Shown: in pieces, positions 8,668 to 18,093 of the stretch
How positions within the stretch are numbered: the first letter of the stretch is position 1
How the letters are laid out: every line of letters begins with the position of its first letter
Assembly: GCA_017409465.1 (NCBI GenBank)
Contig: JAFQSQ010000037.1
Location: 9-64,008 of the forward strand
Direction: 5' to 3'
Length of the DNA stretch: 64,000 nucleotides
Source of the DNA: Akkermansia sp.
GTDB lineage: Bacteria; Verrucomicrobiota; Verrucomicrobiia; Verrucomicrobiales; Akkermansiaceae
The notes under the pieces: model-generated
Databases searched by the model: none
What the model saw: the letters and a program-made list of their open reading frames with translations, nothing else
What the model was told of the DNA's origin: nothing
Translations under genes and position numbers: made by a program

Positions 8668-9675
8668 TCAGTGATCTGTTTTGCGAACGACGATATCGCG
8701 CTCGCCGATGAGGATGAGGTGATACTCCGGGTAGAGATCGGCTATCAGCTCTTCCCAGGTGCGGCAACGTGCCGCGCGGGGATGCTTCGCCAGCTCGGCC
8801 TTGTTCAGCAGCTGGGTGCCCTCGCCGGCCTTGTAGAACAGTCGGGCGCGTGCCTGGCTGCCCAGCATGTTGAACGCTCTCTCGTGCTCCTCGACCGGAA
8901 TCCGGAAGAAATAGACCAGCATGTCGCCGTTGCCGTTCTGCTCGACCCGGCGGTGGGAGAACTCACCATGCAGCTTCTTCCCTTCCGGCAGGTGGATTTC
9001 AACGCTGAAATCCTGCTCCGGCAGCTGAGTCAGTTCGGCTCTCGTCAGGTTGATCGTCACGTAGAACGCAGAGTCATCGCAGACCGTGGCGAACGGCATG
9101 CCCCCGGTTGAGTGGTACTCAAAGGGCTGTGTCGGGTCTTCAGGCAGGGTGAAATGGTACTGCACCCGACCATCAAAGGGCATTTTCAGCGTGTTTTTGG
9201 CCTGTTTGCGTGCCAGCTCGTTGTTGCGGTGCCGCTCCAGGCTGTCCATCTCTCGCTTGAGCAGGGCGATACGCTCATCGACATCGGCCAGTGTATCCGC
9301 ATCAAGTTGAGCTGCCTCCGGGGCGGCGTAGCGGCGTTCCTTCTCGGAGAGATTCCGGTAGAACTCAATTTTGTGTCGCTGGGCTTCCAGCTTGCGGATT
9401 TCATCCTTCTTCGTGATGCGCTCGCGAGCCAGCTTGAGTTCCATCTCCTCGCGCTCCTGCTGCATCAGCTCGTGGTTGAGTACAGCCAGCACATCGCCCC
9501 GCTTATGGGGAACCCGGGCGTCGGCCAGGCTGCTGACGATACCGCGGTCCAGCGGCAGTGAGGCTATCTGCTCCGGTACGATTTTGGCAGGCATGATTCC
9601 CACCTGTATCGGAGCGGCCAGCGCGGCTGCAGTGGCCAGGAGCCCACAGCTGATGACATAGCGCAGAGCTTTCAT
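8668..9675 (-). CDS. periplasmic adaptor / membrane-fusion (HlyD-like) protein
   Basis: Signal peptide, RGDVLA lipoyl-like half, long coiled coil, LKMPFDGRV; sits upstream of ABC genes. Confidence 0.7.
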   Translation of the reverse strand: MKALRYVISCGLLATAAALAAPIQVGIMPAKIVPEQIASLPLDRGIVSSLADARVPHKRGDVLAVLNHELMQQEREEMELKLARERITKKDEIRKLEAQRHKIEFYRNLSEKERRYAAPEAAQLDADTLADVDERIALLKREMDSLERHRNNELARKQAKNTLKMPFDGRVQYHFTLPEDPTQPFEYHSTGGMPFATVCDDSAFYVTINLTRAELTQLPEQDFSVEIHLPEGKKLHGEFSHRRVEQNGNGDMLVYFFRIPVEEHERAFNMLGSQARARLFYKAGEGTQLLNKAELAKHPRAARCRTWEELIADLYPEYHLILIGERDIVVRKTDH

Positions 9676-9721
9676 GAGTAATGGAAAGGAGAGTTCCCCG
9701 GTACGGGAATACCCGATTTGC

Positions 9722-10024
9722 TTACATGGGGAAACCGAGACCGCCGGTCACCTTGCGCATCTCCTTTTCTGCCATTTCCTTGGAGCCGTTGAGTGCATCT
9801 TGCACGGCCTTGAGCAGCAGGCTCTGCAGGAACTCGGCATCATCCGGATCCACAACGGCGGGGTCGATGCTCAGCGCGGTCACCATGCCGGTGCCGTTGG
9901 CGGTCACCTTGATTTTGCCGCCGGCGGCTTCGGCCGTATATTCTTTTTCTGCCAGGCGAGCCTGGGCGTTGGCCATATTGGCCTGCATGGCCTGGGCCTG
10001 TTTCATGAGTTTCTGGAGGTTCAT
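9722..10024 (-). CDS. ybaB: YbaB/EbfC nucleoid-associated protein
   Basis: MKQAQAMQ...AAGGKIKVTANG...IDP...DDAEFLQSL...TGGLGFP; directly downstream of dnaX. Confidence 0.92.
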   Translation of the reverse strand: MNLQKLMKQAQAMQANMANAQARLAEKEYTAEAAGGKIKVTANGTGMVTALSIDPAVVDPDDAEFLQSLLLKAVQDALNGSKEMAEKEMRKVTGGLGFPM

Positions 10025-10048
10025 ATGTGGTGTATTCTGAGAGGTTAA

Positions 10049-11869
10049 TCACTTGATGATGCTGGCGTGGAACTCCTTGAGTGCCAGTTCGATGAGAGGG
10101 TCGTGGTAGAACTCTTCGTCCGTGGGACGCAGCGAGGGAGGCGGCTCCGGTTTGGCGGCAGGCTCCGGGGCGGGCTTGGGCTGGGCTTTGGGGCGTGGTG
10201 CCGGCTCCGGCATGGGAGGCGGTGGGGGCGGCAGTTCAGCGATGGGTTCGGGGACGCTGTCGTCCATAGCCAGACGCAGGCTGATGGGGTGGCCGCAGAT
10301 ATCCGGCGCCAGTTCGTTGATGAGCTCTTTGATATCTTCGCTCAGCAGGGCATCGCGCGTGTCGGTGTCGGACGGGTGGATACCGACCGTTACCAGACCG
10401 TCTTCATCACTCGCAAAGAGGGTGTTGCCAATCATCCCCGCCTTGAGAGGGGCACGCTGCTGGAGGGCGGCTATCAGGGCATTCCAGCTGTCCGGTGTCA
10501 TCTGAGAGGGCGTGGCCGGTGCGGCGGCTTCCTCGGGGAACATGGGCGGTGCATCATCGATGGGTTCCAGCCCGGCAGGCATAGGCTGTGGCTCTGGAAG
10601 CAATGGCTCTTCCACTGTCGGAGCCGGGGCGGGAGCAGGCTGCGCTGCCGGTGCGGGTGCCGGCGCAGAAGCGGCTGCCGGTGCGGGGACGAACGGGATA
10701 TCCGGCAGTGTCGTGGTGGCGATGGGGGTGTCCGGCAGGGGGGCGCCGTTGAGGGCCCGGATGATGTCGCTGATATTGGCTTCAGCCAGTGAGTGGACGG
10801 CCTGTATCAGCCCCATCTCCAGATGCAGGCGTTTGTTGGTGCTCCAGCGCATGTGCTCTTCGGCGGCAGAGAGCACATCCATCAGGCGTACGATTTTGTC
10901 GGTCGGGGTACGCCCCAGCAGGGTAGTCAGAGTATCGCGCCATTGCTCCGGGAGGGCGAGAGAGGCTTCCTCCGGGGCGACTTTGCTGATGAGCAGTTCG
11001 CGAACGGCTCCCATGATTTCCGAGAGCAGTTGTCCCATGTCGCGACCGCTTTCAGCCTGCTCGTGGACGAGGTGCAACAGGCTGGGCAGCTGGCGATCCA
11101 GGATGTAGGCCAGTGCGCGTGCGACTGTTTCGCGGCTGGTGACGCCGAAGATATCGTTGACGTCCTGCTCCTCAATGTTGTTGCCGCAGAACGAGACGAG
11201 CTGGTCGAGCATCGACTGTGCATCGCGCATGCCACCGTCGGCCACTCGGGCGATGGCGTAGGCTGCTGCCTCCGATACGGATACTCCCTCGTTGGCGCCG
11301 ATATTAATCAGATGCCGGGCGATGATATCGGCCGGGATGGGGCGCAGGTCAAAGCGCTGGCAGCGTGACAGAATGGTGGGGAGTATCTTGTGCGGCTCCG
11401 TCGTGGCGAAGATGAACATGACGTGAGCAGGCGGTTCCTCCAGTGTCTTGAGGAGAGCATTGAACGACTCCTTGGTGAGCATGTGCACCTCATCGATGTA
11501 GATGATGCGGTACTGACCGCGTGTAGGCGCGAACTGGACGTTGTCCCGCAGGTCGCGGATGTTGTCGATACCACGGTTGGAGGCTCCGTCAATCTCCAGC
11601 ACATCCAGGCTGCGCCCCTCAGCGATTTCGCGGCAGACGTCTTCATCCGGGTCAAAATCCACCCTGGGACCCTCGCTGCAGTTGAGTGCCTTGGCAAAGA
11701 TACGGGCGGTAGAGGTCTTGCCGGTGCCACGCGGGCCGACGAAGAGGTAGGCGTGCGCCAGGCGCTTTTGCTCGATGGCGTTGCAGAGGGTGCGCACGAC
11801 ATGATCCTGACCCAGTACGTCTTTGAAGGTACGGGGGCGATATTTTCTGGCAAAAACCTGGTAACTCAC
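10049..11869 (-). CDS. dnaX: DNA polymerase III subunit gamma/tau
   Basis: YQVFARKYRP, GPRGTGKTS, EIDGASN, DEVHML, NALLKTLEEPP, TILSRCQRF; Pro/Ala-rich linker. Confidence 0.96.
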   Translation of the reverse strand: MSYQVFARKYRPRTFKDVLGQDHVVRTLCNAIEQKRLAHAYLFVGPRGTGKTSTARIFAKALNCSEGPRVDFDPDEDVCREIAEGRSLDVLEIDGASNRGIDNIRDLRDNVQFAPTRGQYRIIYIDEVHMLTKESFNALLKTLEEPPAHVMFIFATTEPHKILPTILSRCQRFDLRPIPADIIARHLINIGANEGVSVSEAAAYAIARVADGGMRDAQSMLDQLVSFCGNNIEEQDVNDIFGVTSRETVARALAYILDRQLPSLLHLVHEQAESGRDMGQLLSEIMGAVRELLISKVAPEEASLALPEQWRDTLTTLLGRTPTDKIVRLMDVLSAAEEHMRWSTNKRLHLEMGLIQAVHSLAEANISDIIRALNGAPLPDTPIATTTLPDIPFVPAPAAASAPAPAPAAQPAPAPAPTVEEPLLPEPQPMPAGLEPIDDAPPMFPEEAAAPATPSQMTPDSWNALIAALQQRAPLKAGMIGNTLFASDEDGLVTVGIHPSDTDTRDALLSEDIKELINELAPDICGHPISLRLAMDDSVPEPIAELPPPPPPMPEPAPRPKAQPKPAPEPAAKPEPPPSLRPTDEEFYHDPLIELALKEFHASIIK

Positions 11870-11947
11870 GCTGGTATTCTACCTGATTCCCTCTGTAGTC
11901 GCAAGGTAAAAATAAAGCGCTGTCACTTCTGCGGCGGCAGTCGCGGC

Positions 11948-12370
11948 TTAGCGGCGACGGCGGGCGAGGCGAAGGAGGGAATCGTAGGCTCGGGTTTCGC
12001 CGCAGGCGGCAGCCTTGCGGTACCAGTAGGCTGCCAGTTCTGCGTTGCGAGGGGCTCCGCACCCTTGCTCAAAGCAATCGCCCAGTTTGAAGGCAGCGGC
12101 GGCATGTCCCCGACCGGCTGCGGTCTCCAGGCAGCTGACTCCGCCGGCGGGGTCGCGGCGGCAGCCGAGGCCCTTCAGATAGCATTTGCCCAGCCAGTAG
12201 AGAGCATCGGTATCGCCGGCGCGGGCGGCGGTGTCAAACCACTCGACAGCTTCTTCGAAATTGCGCTCTTCGCCACGACCGCGAATCAGACGTTTGGCCA
12301 GCTGCATGCAGGCTGCTATGTCGCCGTCAGAGGCTCGCTGGCGCAACTCATTCATAGCCATATGTCGCAT
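11948..12370 (-). CDS. Sel1-repeat (TPR-like) protein
   Basis: Three repeats of the A..G...A...LG..Y..G.G...D...A..W pattern. Confidence 0.85.
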   Translation of the reverse strand: MRHMAMNELRQRASDGDIAACMQLAKRLIRGRGEERNFEEAVEWFDTAARAGDTDALYWLGKCYLKGLGCRRDPAGGVSCLETAAGRGHAAAAFKLGDCFEQGCGAPRNAELAAYWYRKAAACGETRAYDSLLRLARRRR

Positions 12371-13284
12371 CAGAATTCCTTGCGCCCGAATACCCAGGTG
12401 GCAGTCAGCAGATGCAGCAGCAGGTAACCGCCGGCTATCAGCGCGAGCATGCCCAGTGTGTGTGCACTCAGCGGGGTGCCGGCCGATGCCGTATCGGTGA
12501 TGCTGAACAGGCTGAAGTCCGGCAGCAGGACAGCACAGCAGGTCTCTGCACTGCGCATGAGGGGCGAGGTGCCCGGGGCTGTGGAGAAGGTGGTGAAGAG
12601 AGAGCTCTGGAACATGCCGATGAAGTAGCCGCCGAGCCCGAAGATGATGCTGACGATGCTGCCGCTGGTGCAGCAGGAAATCAGCAGGGTGAAACCGGTG
12701 AGTACACTGTAGCCGAGCAGGGCAGCGAGGATGCCGCGCTGCAGGTTCCAGCTGTTGCCTGCTGTCGCTACCTGATCCAGGTAGGGGCGTATTTCCTCGG
12801 CCGTATAGCCGTGAGCGGTCAGTGCCGCACTCAGTTCGGCGGCTATCTGCGAGCCGCGCAGGTGCAGCAGCAGGCTCATCATCCCGTCCATCAGTGCCAG
12901 CATCAGCGCCAGCAGACAGATGACGCCGAGGGCTTTGCCCAGCAGGTAATCAAAGCGCGGAACGGGCTTGCAGAGAATGGTGTACAGGATGCGATCCTCG
13001 GTGTCGCGGGGAATCAGCAGTGAGGTGGCCGCCACGCTGAACACCACGCCGAAAAGTTGCATGCAGCCCAGGCAGACATCTTTGAGAAACTGGAGCTGGG
13101 CAACGCCCTGGTACTCCATGCTGATGTTCTCCTGGTAGGGGATGAACTGGAGTGCCAGGAAGAGGACGGCCACCACGGCCGGTACCAGAAACAGGCGCAT
13201 GCGGATGAGCTGGGTGAGCGTCACGCCCGCCACTGCTGCCACCCGGGCAGGCATCTGCAATACTCCTCTGAGGGTGCCTGCCAT
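12370..13284 (-). CDS. ABC-2-type permease-like membrane protein
   Basis: Six TMs, IPRDTEDRILYTILCKPVPRFDYLLGKALG, LLPDF, ends FGRKEF. Confidence 0.75.
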   Translation of the reverse strand: MAGTLRGVLQMPARVAAVAGVTLTQLIRMRLFLVPAVVAVLFLALQFIPYQENISMEYQGVAQLQFLKDVCLGCMQLFGVVFSVAATSLLIPRDTEDRILYTILCKPVPRFDYLLGKALGVICLLALMLALMDGMMSLLLHLRGSQIAAELSAALTAHGYTAEEIRPYLDQVATAGNSWNLQRGILAALLGYSVLTGFTLLISCCTSGSIVSIIFGLGGYFIGMFQSSLFTTFSTAPGTSPLMRSAETCCAVLLPDFSLFSITDTASAGTPLSAHTLGMLALIAGGYLLLHLLTATWVFGRKEF

Positions 13285-13302
13285 GGGGCCCGCGAGAAAA
13301 AA

Positions 13303-13674
13303 TTATTTGCGCGCAGCATGCTCGCCGTCATCAATCAGCTGCCAGAACGAGCGGGAGTTGCTCAGCGAGACGTCTTCAGAATCCCCACCCATGCCGGAGC
13401 GGAAGAGGAAATCCTTGATTGAATCGGCGTGCAGAACACGCTGGACGACGACCGTGCCCTCGTCCTCGACCGTGAAGTAGATGCGGTAGTCCTGAGAGCG
13501 GAAACGGTAGATTTTGCGCCCGTTGCGCTCGACGACGCCGAACCGGCTATCCGACGGCTTGTCCTTCAGGCATTCTTCGTCCACCTTGAAACCGTTGAAC
13601 AACTGCAATAATTCCAAAGCGGGGATGGCAGAGACCTCTGCCGCACTGATTTCATTGAAAGCGATCTGATGCAC
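13303..13674 (-). CDS. RelE/ParE-fold protein (solo)
   Basis: IYRFRSQDYRIYFTV...VVVQRVLH RelE-like core; GTG start. Confidence 0.6.
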   Translation of the reverse strand: MHQIAFNEISAAEVSAIPALELLQLFNGFKVDEECLKDKPSDSRFGVVERNGRKIYRFRSQDYRIYFTVEDEGTVVVQRVLHADSIKDFLFRSGMGGDSEDVSLSNSRSFWQLIDDGEHAARK

Positions 13675-13776
13675 GTGGGAAGTTTACTCAAGCCGGGCGG
13701 ATTTAGCAAGTAAAATGTGTGCCTGCTGCCTTATTTTCGGCTCGCCAAGAGCTTCTTGCGCGTGTAGAATAGGCGC

Positions 13777-14400
13777 GTGAGCAGGATTCAGATTTTTACC
13801 AGTCGTTCCATGGGGTGCAATGCATACCTGATTGAAGGGACGGACGGCTATGTGCTGGTGGACGCTCCGGAGGGGGTATCTGCCTGGGTGGTGCGTCAAC
13901 TGCCGGAGGGGGCACGGCTGGCTCACCTGCTCATCACGCACCAGCACTTCGACCATGTGCAGGACGCTGCCGCCGTGCAGGCGCGCTTCGGCTGCGCTGT
14001 GCATGCCCACAGTGCGTACAGCCCGGGGCTCACGCTGGAGGAGGCTGCGGGCGGCTGGGGGATTCCCCCGGTACCTCCTTTCCGGGTGGATGATGTGCTG
14101 GGCAGCAGCACCCCTCGTGCTGACTGGGCCGGACTGGAGTGGGAGATATTCTCCATCCCCGGGCATGCGCCGGACGGAGTGGCGTATCTGCTGAAGAATG
14201 AGGCATGTGTCTTTGTGGGCGATATTCTTTTTGCCGGCTCAGTGGGGCGCACCGATTTTCCCGGGGGCAGCATGGCACAGCTGGTACGCGGTATCCGCAC
14301 CCACTTGCTGCCGCTTGATCCGCACACAGAGGTATTCAGTGGGCATGGTCCTTCCACCTCCATCGGTGAGGAGCTGCTCAATAATCCCTACATCGCCTGA
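13777..14400 (+). CDS. MBL-fold metallohydrolase (glyoxalase II-like)
   Basis: THQHFDHV, PGHAP, VGDILFAGSVGRTD, SGHGP. Confidence 0.9.
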   Translation: MSRIQIFTSRSMGCNAYLIEGTDGYVLVDAPEGVSAWVVRQLPEGARLAHLLITHQHFDHVQDAAAVQARFGCAVHAHSAYSPGLTLEEAAGGWGIPPVPPFRVDDVLGSSTPRADWAGLEWEIFSIPGHAPDGVAYLLKNEACVFVGDILFAGSVGRTDFPGGSMAQLVRGIRTHLLPLDPHTEVFSGHGPSTSIGEELLNNPYIA

Positions 14401-14435
14401 TAAACTTTCATTTCAACAAGAACAAGTAGAGCTAT

Positions 14436-15638
14436 ATGACATTCGAAGAACTGGGGCTGGCCGCGCCCATCCTGGCGGCTGTGAAGGACTGTGGGTATGA
14501 ATCCCCCACACCGATTCAGGAACAGGCTATCCCGCAGATTTTACAGGGTAAGGATGTCATCGGTGCCTCTCAGACCGGTACCGGTAAGTCCGCCGCCTTT
14601 GCGCTGCCACTGCTCAGCCGCATCGAGCACACCGGCCGCCCGCAGATTCTCGTGCTGGAGCCCACCCGCGAGCTGGCCGATCAGCTGGCCGAGGCTTTCC
14701 GCGCCTATGCCGCCCACACGGATATCCGCATCGGGCTGCTGTACGGTGGTGTGGGCTATGGCAAGCAGTCTGAAGAGCTGCAGAAGGGGGTGGACGTGGT
14801 GGTGGCTACCCCCGGTCGCCTCATCGACCATTTCTACCGTGGCAACATGAAGTTCAAGGAGGTGAAGACCCTGGTGCTGGATGAGGTGGACCGCATGACG
14901 GATATGGGCTTCCTGCCCATCGTTCGCAAGATTGTGAACCTCTGCCCCTGGGAGGGTCGGCAGACGCTTTTCTTCTCTGCCACCATGCCGCAGATTCTGC
15001 AGGGCTTTGCCAAGTGGTGTCTGACTGACCCGGTGGAGATCGCCATTGCCCGCCGCGAGGTGGCCTCCACGATTTCCCACGCGTTCTACCCGGTGGGGCT
15101 GGATCAGCGCGATGAGCTGCTGCTGGCGCTGGTGAAGGCCACGGATTTCCGGAATCTGATGGTGTTCACCCGCACCCGCAAGGAGGCAGATGCCGTGGCC
15201 AACATGCTCTCCCGCTCCGGCTGGGACAAGCAGGTCACCTGCATGCATTCCGATATCCCCCAGAAGGAACGTATGGCTGCCCTCAAGGGATTCAAGGAGG
15301 ATAAATTCCGTATCCTCGTGGCCACGGATGTGGCCGCTCGCGGTATCGATATCAACGGCGTAACCCACGTCATCAACTACCGTGTGCCGGAAAACCCGGA
15401 GGACTACGTGCACCGCATCGGCCGCACCGGGCGTGCCGAAGCCACGGGCGATGCCTTCACCCTGCTGACGGCAGATGAGGTGGACTTCGCCAAGAGTGTG
15501 GAGGTCTTCATCAGCCAGAAGATTGAGCGCCGCAAACTGGAGGGCTTCGACTACGCTTACACAGCTCTGCTGGATGCCGCACCGGCACGCCCGCTTCGCA
15601 AGCCGCGCCCGGCAGCACCCAAGCGCCGTCGTCGCTGA
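14436..15638 (+). CDS. DEAD-box RNA helicase (RhlE-like)
   Basis: Q motif PTPIQ, QTGTGKS, PTRELA, TPGRL, DEVD, SAT, ARGID, HRIGRTGRA. Confidence 0.95.
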   Translation: MTFEELGLAAPILAAVKDCGYESPTPIQEQAIPQILQGKDVIGASQTGTGKSAAFALPLLSRIEHTGRPQILVLEPTRELADQLAEAFRAYAAHTDIRIGLLYGGVGYGKQSEELQKGVDVVVATPGRLIDHFYRGNMKFKEVKTLVLDEVDRMTDMGFLPIVRKIVNLCPWEGRQTLFFSATMPQILQGFAKWCLTDPVEIAIARREVASTISHAFYPVGLDQRDELLLALVKATDFRNLMVFTRTRKEADAVANMLSRSGWDKQVTCMHSDIPQKERMAALKGFKEDKFRILVATDVAARGIDINGVTHVINYRVPENPEDYVHRIGRTGRAEATGDAFTLLTADEVDFAKSVEVFISQKIERRKLEGFDYAYTALLDAAPARPLRKPRPAAPKRRRR

Positions 15639-15661
15639 CCGCTCTTGCTCATTGGGTATAT

Positions 15662-16168
15662 ATGCGCGTTGTCAGTATAGACCCTGCTATTCGCAACACG
15701 GGCTATGCCGTGCTGGAGGGGGACTATCGCACGCCAAAGGCGCTGGACTACGGGACGCTTTCGCTGCCGGCCAGGTATTCGCAGAGCGAGTGCCTGCTGG
15801 CGATTCACGAGCACATATGCGGACTTATCACCCGCTGGCAGCCGGAGGAGCTGGCCATAGAGGGTATCATCTATGTGCAGTCGCACCGCACGGCTATCGC
15901 CATGGGATCTGCCCGTGGGGCGGTCGTGCTGGCGGCAGCGCGCCATGGGCTTCCCATCATGGAGTATCCGCCATCCTGTGTCAAGCTGGCCACGGTGGGG
16001 CGGGGTGGTGCCCGCAAGGAGCAGGTGGCTTTCATGATGAGGGCGCTTCTCCAACTGACGGAAACGCCTGCTCCTGACGCCGCTGATGCGCTGGCCATCG
16101 GCTATTCGCATCTGGTGTCTACCGACCCGCTCCGGGCCCATTTGTTCAAGGAACGCCGATATATCTGA
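15662..16168 (+). CDS. ruvC: crossover junction endodeoxyribonuclease RuvC
   Basis: SIDPAIRNTGY, LAIE, ARG, EYPP..VK, KEQV, PDAADALAI. Confidence 0.92.
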   Translation: MRVVSIDPAIRNTGYAVLEGDYRTPKALDYGTLSLPARYSQSECLLAIHEHICGLITRWQPEELAIEGIIYVQSHRTAIAMGSARGAVVLAAARHGLPIMEYPPSCVKLATVGRGGARKEQVAFMMRALLQLTETPAPDAADALAIGYSHLVSTDPLRAHLFKERRYI

Positions 16169-16174
16169 TACCCC

Positions 16175-16480
16175 ATGAAGCTCCGCACCCTTCTCATTCT
16201 GTGCCTGCTGGTTTCGCTGCTTGATTCAGCGGAAGCCGGGAGAATTCGCCTGACTCAGCCGAAAACCCGCTATACGCACCCCCGTGAGGAGAAGTGGGGG
16301 CCGAGTTCACCCGGAGGCTCTGTCGGCGGGTGGGAACCGGGCTCGACTAAACGCCCACCCACCGGTAAGGCCGGTTGGCAGAATGTGCCGTCCAATACCT
16401 GGAAAGCTCCGCGTGATGCAGCTGCTGAGCGTGAGCGCGAGCGCCGCCGTCTCCGCCGTCAGGGTGGGCTGCTGAGGTAA
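16175..16480 (+). CDS. hypothetical secreted basic protein
   Basis: Signal-peptide-like N-terminus (…DSAEA), 6 nt after the ruvC stop, fills the gap to the convergent gene. Confidence 0.5.
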   Translation: MKLRTLLILCLLVSLLDSAEAGRIRLTQPKTRYTHPREEKWGPSSPGGSVGGWEPGSTKRPPTGKAGWQNVPSNTWKAPRDAAAERERERRRLRRQGGLLR

Positions 16481-16501
16481 GAGCCGTGCAGCGGAGCGGG
16501 T

Positions 16502-17986
16502 TCAGAGCTTCGTGTTTCGCATGTCGCCGGTCTCGGTGAAGGCGGTGTGGAAGGCGAAAGCCTTGGAAAGATTGTGCGGGGTATGCCCCTTGGGGGTGAG
16601 TGCCACGTAGCGCCGCAGCAGGTCGCGGTAGTCCGGGTGGGCACAGTTCTCAATGACCTCTACAGCGCGTTCGCGGGGTGATTTGCCGCGCAAGTCAGCC
16701 ACGCCCTGTTCGGTGATGATGATGTCCACATCGTGCTCCGTGTGGTCGGTGTGAGAGACCATGGGCACAATGGCGGAGATAGCGCCGCCCTTGGCCACAG
16801 AGGGGCAGGAGAAGATGGTGTAGGCGGCGGCGCGGGCAAAGTCGCCGCTGCCGCCGATGCCGTTCATCACGCGGTTGCCGAAGAAGTGGGTGGAGTTCAC
16901 GTTGCCGAAGATATCGGCCTCGATGGCCGTGTTCATGCAGATGAGACCCACGCGGCGGGCAAAGGCGGGATCGTTGGAGATTTCCTGCGGGCGCAGGATG
17001 ATTTTGTTGCGGAAGAAGTCAAAGTTGTCGTAGAGGTATTGCAGCTTCTCGTCAGAGATATGCAGACAGGCGCTGGAGGCGAAGATGCAGCGCCCCTCAA
17101 TCATCAAATCCATCACCGTGTCCTGCAGCACCTCCGTATACATCTGGAAGGCGGGGATGATTTTCGATTTACCCACGGATGCCAGCACGGCGTTGGCCAC
17201 ATTGCCCACACCGCTCTGCAGCGGCAGGAATTGCGGGGGGATGCGCCCCTCGCGGTATTCTTTCTCCAGGAAACGCACCATGTTGTCGCCAATCTGTTCC
17301 GTCACGCCGGAGACGGCCTTGAACGGGGCGATATGGCTGGGCTCGTGCGTGTGAATGACACCCACTATCTTGGCGGGGTCGACCTTGAGTGTGCGCGTGC
17401 CCACACGGTCGCTCAGGTGGTTGAGCGGGATGTAGACGCGGTGCGGCGGGTCTGCCGGCATGTAGATATCGTGCAGGCAGCGCAGCTTTTCCGGGTCGTG
17501 GTAGCTGTTCAGCTCCAGGATGATGCGGTCTGCCAGCAGGCAGAAGGTGGGGGTGTTGCCCTCGCTGGTAGTCAGCGTCAGCTCGCCGTTGTCCGTCACC
17601 TCGCACACCTCGACTATGGCTGTTGTGACGCGCGGCAGGTGCCCGTAGCGCATGGCCTGCGCCATCATGGATACGTGAGCCTCCACGTACTGGATATCGC
17701 AGTTGTTGATACCGTTGCGGGTCTCCGGGCTGCTCTGGTAGGGCATGATGCGGCTGAGTGCTTCTGCCTCTGCCAGCACACCGTCCACCAGGGTGCTGGT
17801 GGTCGCACCGGTCATGAGCGTTATTTTCCATGGCCTCCCGGCGGCGTGCTCTGCTTTGGCATGCTGTGCCAGTGCCGTGGGCATCACCTTCGGTGAACCC
17901 GCGTTGGAAAATCCGCTGAATCCCACAACCTCGCCATCGCGTACCATGGCGGCTGCCTGTTCCGGTGTCAGGACGTTGTATCGCAT
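16502..17986 (-). CDS. succinate/acetate CoA-transferase (acetyl-CoA hydrolase family)
   Basis: PLQSGVGNVANAV, YTEVLQD, GNVNSTH, MNGIGGSGDFAR, TEQGVADLRG, NCAHPDY. Confidence 0.93.
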   Translation of the reverse strand: MRYNVLTPEQAAAMVRDGEVVGFSGFSNAGSPKVMPTALAQHAKAEHAAGRPWKITLMTGATTSTLVDGVLAEAEALSRIMPYQSSPETRNGINNCDIQYVEAHVSMMAQAMRYGHLPRVTTAIVEVCEVTDNGELTLTTSEGNTPTFCLLADRIILELNSYHDPEKLRCLHDIYMPADPPHRVYIPLNHLSDRVGTRTLKVDPAKIVGVIHTHEPSHIAPFKAVSGVTEQIGDNMVRFLEKEYREGRIPPQFLPLQSGVGNVANAVLASVGKSKIIPAFQMYTEVLQDTVMDLMIEGRCIFASSACLHISDEKLQYLYDNFDFFRNKIILRPQEISNDPAFARRVGLICMNTAIEADIFGNVNSTHFFGNRVMNGIGGSGDFARAAAYTIFSCPSVAKGGAISAIVPMVSHTDHTEHDVDIIITEQGVADLRGKSPRERAVEVIENCAHPDYRDLLRRYVALTPKGHTPHNLSKAFAFHTAFTETGDMRNTKL

Positions 17987-18027
17987 CGCCCCTCAGTCTA
18001 TCACAAAGTTAGAGCATAGTCTAGAAT

Positions 18028-18072
18028 AAAAATTCCCCGGCAGGCTCAAAGTGAGCGTGCCGGGGAGAAAAA
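18028..18072. terminator. intrinsic terminator downstream of the MFS gene
   Basis: TCCCCGGCAGGCTCA-aag-TGAGCGTGCCGGGGA flanked by A runs. Confidence 0.7.
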
Positions 18073-18093
18073 CTCGGAAAGGAGGTGTGAGAA

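Noticed and set aside
10049..11869. dnaX programmed frameshift producing the gamma subunit
   Set aside because: No A-AAA-AAG or long A run noticed in the coding strand around the linker
18010..18023. Third TAGA-N6-TCTA site upstream of the CoA-transferase
   Set aside because: Overlaps the likely -35 of that promoter and lacks the flanking identity of the OMP sites; may be chance
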